DNA from: Candidatus Eiseniibacteriota bacterium
GTDB taxonomy: Bacteria > Joyebacterota > Joyebacteria > Joyebacterales > Joyebacteraceae
Assembly: GCA_043819135.1 (NCBI GenBank)
Contig: JBDRFG010000171.1
Location: 1 to 11,098 of the forward strand
DNA length: 11,098 bases
Direction: 5' to 3'
Shown here: piece after piece, positions 5,608-11,098 of the stretch
Layout of the letters: each line of letters opens with the position of its first letter
Position numbering within the stretch: position 1 is the stretch's first letter
The notes under the pieces: generated by a model
What the model was told of the DNA's origin: nothing
Database searches by the model: none
What the model saw: only the letters and a program-made list of their open reading frames with translations
Translations under genes and position numbers: made by a program

Positions 5608-8224
5608 GCGTTACCTCAGTTCTGAGCACCGGACTCCAGTGCGGGATCCTGAAGAGGAAGGCGGTCCCGACGCCCATCCTCGTCGACTCCACGCGGAACT
5701 CGCCGCCGTACTGCTCTGCAATCCGAACCGTCCCAGCTATACCCGCCCCCCCGTCTTCACTGCGGGACAGCCGCTCCTCCAGAATCCTCCCGGCCCGTTC
5801 GGGGCTCATGCCGATGCCCGTGTCGCTGAATCTCACGTCGCACGAAACCCCGTCGGAGCTGAGCTCCACGCGAATCCGACGCGACTCCGTCTCGCGAACC
5901 GCCTTCAACGCGTTCGAGAAGAGGTTCTCCAAGACGAAATAGAGCTCGCCGGGTCTCATCCGGACCGCGTCCCTACCGGGCTTGACTCCGGACAGCAGCT
6001 CGTGTGCCACACCCAGTCCGGTCATTTCCTCCTGCTTCTCCTTGGTGACGAGATCGAGCACCCGGATCAGGGAGCACCCGGGGTTCCGCTGGATCTCCAT
6101 CCAGGCGCTCTCTACCGCGCTGACCAGCCGGTCTCTCGCGCCTGAGATAGCCTTGAGCTCCGCATCGAGGGTGGACGGGGTGCTCGACCCCCCGGAGAGC
6201 ACCAGATCGAGTGCTTCGACCATCCGATAGGCTGCAGCCCTCATGCGCGCCGCCTCATCGGCCACGAACCGCGCCCGCCTGGCGAGCACGGCGACGCGCT
6301 CAACGTGAGGGAGGACTGCTGTTCTGAAGACCGCGTCCCTGAGACGAAGCCTATCGAGTAGTGCCGCGTACCGCTCGGGCCTCTCGAAGCTCCTCCTCAT
6401 GTCCCCCGCGAGCGCCGCCATCGCCGTCAGGTTCTTCCTCGGCGCATTGGAGTCCCGACGCCACTCCGGCCGGAAGTCGTCGTCAGCCGAGTGGCGCAGC
6501 TGTCCCACGGCCTCTCTTAGCTCGTCGATTGGCGCGGCGGGATTGGGCCAGGTTCGAGTCCGCGAACGCACAGCACGCAGAGTCGCGCCTCCCAGCGGCA
6601 AGACTCCGCCGACCAGCAGCAGTGGTGTCCACGGCACGCGGCCGTACAGACTCCCTCCAAGCCCCCCCGTCAGGCAGAGCGCTATGCCGCAGAAGACCGT
6701 GGCGTGGACGCCTATCGCTCCCCGCGTGCAGCCGACTGCGTAGTAGACGCCTGCGACCGCGAGAATCAGGATGAGTACAGCCGTGGCCCGCTCCCTCTTC
6801 TCGCGAGTCGTCAGATCCCACAGCTGGTCCCGCAATCGGTCAACTCCGTCCCAGTCGCCGATGCCAGCGAGCGCACCCCGGCTCTCGGACAGAAGCCGAA
6901 GCGCTGAGTCGCGGTCCCCCCTCGAGGAGGCCTCGATGGCTCCGCGCTCCAGGTCTGCTGCGTACTCGCTCAGCTCTCGTGCGTGCATGGTGAACACTGA
7001 GATCTCGGCTTCCTCTCGCACGTAGCGTCCATCGACCAGGCGTGCGTCCGACATGACATCCGGCGCTACGTACTTGCGCAGGCTGTCGATGGTGGCTCGC
7101 GCCGCGCGGACGGTGCGCAGGCCGACCAGAGCTATGTCCCGCTCCCCGTCCCCGTCGTAGTCACAGGGCAACAGCTCGACGGGCGACACCGGTCTGGATC
7201 CTTCGTCCCACAGGGATCGGAGGGTCGAATCATAGATGGTCAGATTGGCATCCGCTCCGTGGACAGCGATGTAGTCGCCCGCCACGCACGCGGCACTGGG
7301 CACGTCGGCATGCGCGCCCGAGCTTGCCGCATCACCTGATGACCTCACTACCCGAGTCCATCCTCCCTGCTTCCCCTCACTACTGCCTCCGACGAGAAGC
7401 GTCGAGTCCGATAGCACACGAAGTACCGTGATCGTGCCGGGCAGATACACATCACGCGAGATCCAGCCGTTGCCGTTCTCCACGACGGCGATTCGGAGAA
7501 CGCCGGCCGCCTCTGTGTTGCCCGCGGCTACTACTCCGGCAGAGTGGGCGAGCAGGACTTCTGAGCCGGGGAGGATGCCGTGGACGAGACCCAGCAGCCG
7601 CAATCCGCGTTCACCAACCTCGTGAAGCCGACCGTCGGCGAGAACGGTGACGCCGCCTCGGCTCGCACTGACAGACACCGGAAGACGGGCGTCGAGGATC
7701 TTCTCAGCACGTATTCCCCAACCCGCGCCCCCGGTGGTTAGCGACAGCAACCACAGCGAGTGGCTGTCGTGCGCAAGTACGCGCGCGGGAGCAACACCGA
7801 TGAGCTCGTAGTTTCCTCCGGGGGTCGGCAGACTACAGCTTCCCATCACTCTACCCAACTCGAAGCTGACAGCCGACACCGTGCGACCTCTGACACCCAG
7901 AATCGCATACTCGGTCCCGGCCCCCGCGCCGCCCACGAATCGCGCGCCGGCCACGCTCTGGACCGGGCCCTGCCCTTCCAACCGAGTAGGGTCAGGACGA
8001 GCCGACTGCCCACCCGTTCTCACGAAGGTCACGATTTCGCCGCTCGCTAGTCCCACGACCAACAGGTCGCTCTCCCCCACATCGCGCTCGACCACACATC
8101 CGCATGTCGGATTCGCTTCAGGTACAGGCAGCAACTCCTGCCCTACCAACGCCGGCGTCCGTGCGCCGGCACACGTGAAGAGCAGCAGAAGGACCGATAT
8201 CGCGCAGCTAGCTCTCGTCAGCAC
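5600..8224 (-). CDS. Membrane sensor histidine kinase-like protein (874 aa) with a large extracytoplasmic beta-rich domain, three TM helices and a HATPase_c domain
   Basis: GTG start with GAGGT RBS and a signal peptide ending CAGA. One FG-GAP-type Ca-binding loop, DYDGDGERDIAL. Three hydrophobic segments at about 6580-6790. N-box LENLFSNALKA, G1 FSDTGIGM, G2 GGAGIAG and terminal GVGTAFLFRIP. Coupled to the response regulator gene. Confidence 0.88.
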   Translation of the reverse strand: MLTRASCAISVLLLLFTCAGARTPALVGQELLPVPEANPTCGCVVERDVGESDLLVVGLASGEIVTFVRTGGQSARPDPTRLEGQGPVQSVAGARFVGGAGAGTEYAILGVRGRTVSAVSFELGRVMGSCSLPTPGGNYELIGVAPARVLAHDSHSLWLLSLTTGGAGWGIRAEKILDARLPVSVSASRGGVTVLADGRLHEVGERGLRLLGLVHGILPGSEVLLAHSAGVVAAGNTEAAGVLRIAVVENGNGWISRDVYLPGTITVLRVLSDSTLLVGGSSEGKQGGWTRVVRSSGDAASSGAHADVPSAACVAGDYIAVHGADANLTIYDSTLRSLWDEGSRPVSPVELLPCDYDGDGERDIALVGLRTVRAARATIDSLRKYVAPDVMSDARLVDGRYVREEAEISVFTMHARELSEYAADLERGAIEASSRGDRDSALRLLSESRGALAGIGDWDGVDRLRDQLWDLTTREKRERATAVLILILAVAGVYYAVGCTRGAIGVHATVFCGIALCLTGGLGGSLYGRVPWTPLLLVGGVLPLGGATLRAVRSRTRTWPNPAAPIDELREAVGQLRHSADDDFRPEWRRDSNAPRKNLTAMAALAGDMRRSFERPERYAALLDRLRLRDAVFRTAVLPHVERVAVLARRARFVADEAARMRAAAYRMVEALDLVLSGGSSTPSTLDAELKAISGARDRLVSAVESAWMEIQRNPGCSLIRVLDLVTKEKQEEMTGLGVAHELLSGVKPGRDAVRMRPGELYFVLENLFSNALKAVRETESRRIRVELSSDGVSCDVRFSDTGIGMSPERAGRILEERLSRSEDGGAGIAGTVRIAEQYGGEFRVESTRMGVGTAFLFRIPHWSPVLRTEVTHD

Positions 8225-9944
8225 TGACTACCTCGACGATGATCAACCCGACACTGGTGCTTGAGATTAGGACTTCGTTTCGCCCGTCGCCCTCAACATC
8301 ACACACGGCTGCAGTTGCACTCGGGTGAGCGGGCATGAGCCGTAGGGCGGAGTTCCCATCTCGCAACGGCGAGACGGGAGCCCTCGCCTCCTCGCGAAGT
8401 CCCGGCCCTAGAGACACAACATACGACACGGGGTCCCAGGTGATCCTGCGTCCGCTTGGAACGAAGCCTGGGCTGCTCCACCCAACGGATGCCACGAGTA
8501 TCTCAACGTCGCCGTCGCCGTCGACATCGTTGGCTGCCAGTGGTATCAGCCTGCTGTCGTCGCACGCACGGTGAGCTGTGTCACGGAAGCTCGCCACGAT
8601 GCCGAGTTCGCCGTCGAGCGCGAGAAGGCGTCCGCCCGGCGCGCCGGTAACGATCTCGGACCGTCGATCGCCGCACACGTCCGCCACGACGAGCCCGTAG
8701 AGCCCACCCAGATCCTCTCTCGACGAGATCGTTGCGCCGCTGCCGTCCAGCACGACCGCGCCGCCTTGCTCGTTCAGACTCGTGCTGCTCCAGACTGCCA
8801 CGATCTCGGGCTTCCGCCCGCCGGAGACGTCGGCGATGGCCGCTTGGACACCTGCGTACTCACCGTGGACTGAGTGGCGCCAGAGGACGTTCCCGCACCA
8901 GTCGAGACAGATCACGTAGGCGGTCCCGGCGTCCGTCGTGCCGCTTTGGCTCACCCCGTTCTCAGGCGAGTACGTTGACACGACGAACTCGTCCAGCCCA
9001 TCGCCGTTAACGTCGCCCACGGCGACCGGAAGTGGCGTTGCCCCGATCGGTCGAGCCCAGAGAATCTCCCCGATGGCGGGATCGATGGCCACGAGACCTC
9101 GGAAGCTCCCCTGGATCATGTCGGTGCTGACGTACAGCCGCGGGTTGGCCGGACCAACGCGCGGTCTGCCAAGGAGACGATAGAGCCAGTCGGCGCTCTG
9201 ATAGCCCCCTGCCGCCCTGAGCACGGCAACGTCGCCCTGAGATGTGCGGATCGCGAGTGGGCTCTCCAGCTCCCGGCCGTAGCCCGCATCGATGGGCTGC
9301 CCTCGCGGGCTACCGTCAGGTTCGACTGCGACGATCTCACTCCTGACTGACAGGCTCTCGTACCTAGCGGTAGCCAGGCACGCCCGCAGCAACTCGCTCA
9401 TCTCGTCGAAGTGCCTGAGAATGCCCTCATAGTTGTGGGGGAACAGCATCAGCGGCGTGCGGTAAGCAGTCCCTGCCACGGGCAGCCACTCCCACGTTGG
9501 CCTCCAGCATATGAACTCGGGCACGCCGTCGGTCCAGCGGCCGGTCGGCGAAATGGGCATGCAGCCATCGAGCTGCGCTAGCGTGTCCCCATCGAGCGAG
9601 AAGAGGCGTCCCTCCATCGGAGCGCGGCCAGCGGCAGAGGCCCGCTCGGTGTACAGTGTCGCGGCAACAACAAGCGAGCCACCTGTGGGGTCGCGTAGAA
9701 TCATCGCCTGGGCCCACATGTCGAGCTCGACTCTACGCGCCTTCAGCCCGTACGGCGTGACTCGCTGTCTGGACGGAGCGTCGAAGTGACCGGTACCGTC
9801 AACAGTGTAGCCATCTATCCGCTGTGGGGCTTGGCGTGCAGGAAGGACATGAAGCAGGACTGCCGCGGCCAGCGCCGACAGGGCGGGTGCCGTGAGGACA
9901 GTGAGCCGCACGAGCCGGCGCGAGAAGGAGCCAGTGTGAGTCAT
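8208..9944 (-). CDS. FG-GAP/VCBS-like repeat exported or membrane-anchored protein (578 aa), probable beta-propeller
   Basis: N-terminal hydrophobic segment. Five repeats: GDVNGDGLDEFVV, ADVSGGRKPEIV, ADVCGDRRSEIV, NDVDGDGDVEILV, CDVEGDGRNEVLI. PQQ-like GEILW and GNVLW motifs. Overlaps the kinase start by 17 nt. The RBS is weak, so the exact start is less certain. Confidence 0.85.
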   Translation of the reverse strand: MTHTGSFSRRLVRLTVLTAPALSALAAAVLLHVLPARQAPQRIDGYTVDGTGHFDAPSRQRVTPYGLKARRVELDMWAQAMILRDPTGGSLVVAATLYTERASAAGRAPMEGRLFSLDGDTLAQLDGCMPISPTGRWTDGVPEFICWRPTWEWLPVAGTAYRTPLMLFPHNYEGILRHFDEMSELLRACLATARYESLSVRSEIVAVEPDGSPRGQPIDAGYGRELESPLAIRTSQGDVAVLRAAGGYQSADWLYRLLGRPRVGPANPRLYVSTDMIQGSFRGLVAIDPAIGEILWARPIGATPLPVAVGDVNGDGLDEFVVSTYSPENGVSQSGTTDAGTAYVICLDWCGNVLWRHSVHGEYAGVQAAIADVSGGRKPEIVAVWSSTSLNEQGGAVVLDGSGATISSREDLGGLYGLVVADVCGDRRSEIVTGAPGGRLLALDGELGIVASFRDTAHRACDDSRLIPLAANDVDGDGDVEILVASVGWSSPGFVPSGRRITWDPVSYVVSLGPGLREEARAPVSPLRDGNSALRLMPAHPSATAAVCDVEGDGRNEVLISSTSVGLIIVEVVSADES

Positions 9945-9994
9945 CCCTAGACTACCATCGGTACTGCGTGTGTATCACAGGTTTCTCTTGGCCG

Positions 9995-10023
9995 ATGGTA
10001 GCATGTTGGACAGTGGTCGGCAA
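9995..10023 (-). promoter_or_regulatory. Sigma70-type promoter for the FG-GAP/kinase/activator operon
   Basis: Minus strand TTGCCG (10023-10018), 17-nt spacer, TACCAT (10000-9995), with an extended -10 TGn, about 50 nt upstream of ATG 9944. Confidence 0.6.
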
Positions 10024-10253
10024 TGCCACAGCGACGCCGAGGGAGATCCCACTGTAGTACAGAAGACGCAACACGGCCGCGTGCGGAAAGATGACGCGAG
10101 AGAGACGTAGACCCGGGCTGACGGATGGAGTCACCAGGAACCTAGGTCTCCGGTGCCCGCAGACGGGCAAAGGGAGCGCTGGAATCAGTCTTGGACGTCA
10201 CCCGCCCGTGTGACCTAACCCGCTCCGCGAAACGCAACAGCCGTTTCGGCTTC

Positions 10254-10754
10254 CTACGTAAAGATGATCTCCGCCCCCGCCGACAGCTCGTAGAACTCGC
10301 CGACGGTCAGGACCTTCTCGACCTCGTCGCAGAAGTCCTCGGGCTTGAGATGGAACATGTCGACCGTGGCCTTGCAGGCGTAGAGCTTGCCTCCGGCGTC
10401 GTGGATCATCTCCAGGAACTCGGGGATGGGCGGAATGTCGAGCTGCTCCATCTCTTTCATCATCATCTTCGTGGCGAACGTCGACATCCCCGGGATCGCA
10501 CCAATGATGGTCGGGAGCGGCATGCCCTTGGCGTCGGGGACACGCATGGCGGGGTTGCCGACGGTCGCGAGCTTGATCTTCGTGTTGAACTTCTTGAGGA
10601 TGGCGTAGAGACCGAAGAACGTGAAGAAGATCGAGGCCTCGATGCCCTCCATCCGCGCGCCGTTGGCCATGATGAGGGCCGGGTAGATGCCCTCGAGCGA
10701 CCCCTTCGAGCACACGATGGAGACCTTCCTGATCTTGCCGTCCGTACCTGACAT
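10254..10754 (-). CDS. DsrE/DsrF/DrsH-like (DsrE2-type) sulfurtransferase family protein, 166 aa
   Basis: VSIVCSKGSL...YPALIMANGA...IFFTFFGL...GGKLYAC(127)KATVDMF...GAEIIFT is the typical pattern with the conserved YAC cysteine. GGAG RBS. Begins 19 nt after the TusE-like gene. Confidence 0.9.
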   Translation of the reverse strand: MSGTDGKIRKVSIVCSKGSLEGIYPALIMANGARMEGIEASIFFTFFGLYAILKKFNTKIKLATVGNPAMRVPDAKGMPLPTIIGAIPGMSTFATKMMMKEMEQLDIPPIPEFLEMIHDAGGKLYACKATVDMFHLKPEDFCDEVEKVLTVGEFYELSAGAEIIFT

Positions 10755-10773
10755 GAGGGCGTCTCCGATCTCT

Positions 10774-11091
10774 CTAGATGCAACTGGCGGGCTTCGGGAG
10801 CCCGGCGATCTTGGTTGACTTCTTCACGGGGCCATCCGGGAAGAGCGCGTACAGCTCCTTGGTCGGAATGCCCCCCGCGTTCTTGATGCGACGGATGCTC
10901 GGCACCTGGCCCTGCTCCGCGGTGTCCTTCCGGAGGAAGTCGATCACCTTCCAGTGCGCGTCGGTCAAAGGGCTCAAGCCCTGCTCGGCGGCGATCGCCT
11001 CTCCGATGGCCTTCGTCCACTGACCGGAGTCGGTGAGGTACCCTTCCTCGTTCACGTCCACCGTCACTCCTGCGATCTCTGCGCTCGGCAT
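10774..11091 (-). CDS. tusE: TusE/DsrC/DsvC family sulfur relay protein (105 aa), single C-terminal Cys
   Basis: VNEEGYL...W...LTDAHWKVIDFLR...LYALFPDGPVK...KIAGLPKPASCI. The penultimate Cys104 is present and the second DsrC cysteine position is Thr93. The symbol denotes family membership only. Confidence 0.9.
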   Translation of the reverse strand: MPSAEIAGVTVDVNEEGYLTDSGQWTKAIGEAIAAEQGLSPLTDAHWKVIDFLRKDTAEQGQVPSIRRIKNAGGIPTKELYALFPDGPVKKSTKIAGLPKPASCI

Positions 11092-11098
11092 GTGTCCC

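Noticed and set aside
5993..6013. GVAHELL as the kinase H-box
   Set aside because: His741 is only 30 residues before the N-box, where the first strand of the ATPase domain is expected. This is probably a coincidental match.
9915..9932. Twin-arginine (Tat) signal SRRLVR in the FG-GAP protein
   Set aside because: It lacks the consensus Phe-Leu of SRRxFLK. It is equally consistent with an ordinary basic n-region.
10024..10040. Sigma54-like TCGGCGTCGCTGTGGCA upstream of the FG-GAP gene
   Set aside because: The spacing is right but it lacks GGCAC and TTGC. The adjacent sigma70-type promoter fits better.
10213..10248. ACCTAAC as an attC R'' box, and the hairpin CGAAACG/CGTTTCG as a terminator
   Set aside because: There is no matching L/R' partner. 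The 7-bp stem has no U-tract and is too weak to call.
1..11098. CRISPR array, tRNA/rRNA, transposase or integrase
   Set aside because: No regularly spaced repeats, RNA-gene signatures or recombinase motifs were seen by eye.

Overview
GC-rich bacterial window. The protein style suggests an FCB-superphylum lineage such as Ca. Eisenbacteria, Krumholzibacteriota or Latescibacterota, but this is inference only. It has three parts. (1) At 1-249 (+) is the 3' end of a DUF2075/Schlafen group-3-like helicase gene, followed by a possible decayed attC-like element. (2) A minus-strand module reads, in transcription order: sigma70-type promoter, FG-GAP-repeat exported protein, 874-aa sensor histidine kinase with an atypical phosphoacceptor region, NtrC-family sigma54 activator with a divergent GAYTSA loop, palindrome cluster plus a near-consensus sigma54 -24/-12 promoter, degenerate stand-alone receiver protein, 952-aa secreted beta-helix protein with a FlgD-Ig tail, and a 13-bp hairpin. 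(3) At the right end is a TusE/DsrC-like plus DsrE-like sulfur-relay gene pair (-). The most interesting hypothesis is that part 2 is a self-contained sigma54 signalling cassette, with an accessory propeller protein and non-canonical components, that switches on a secreted surface protein. All calls come from reading motifs by eye; no searches were run.
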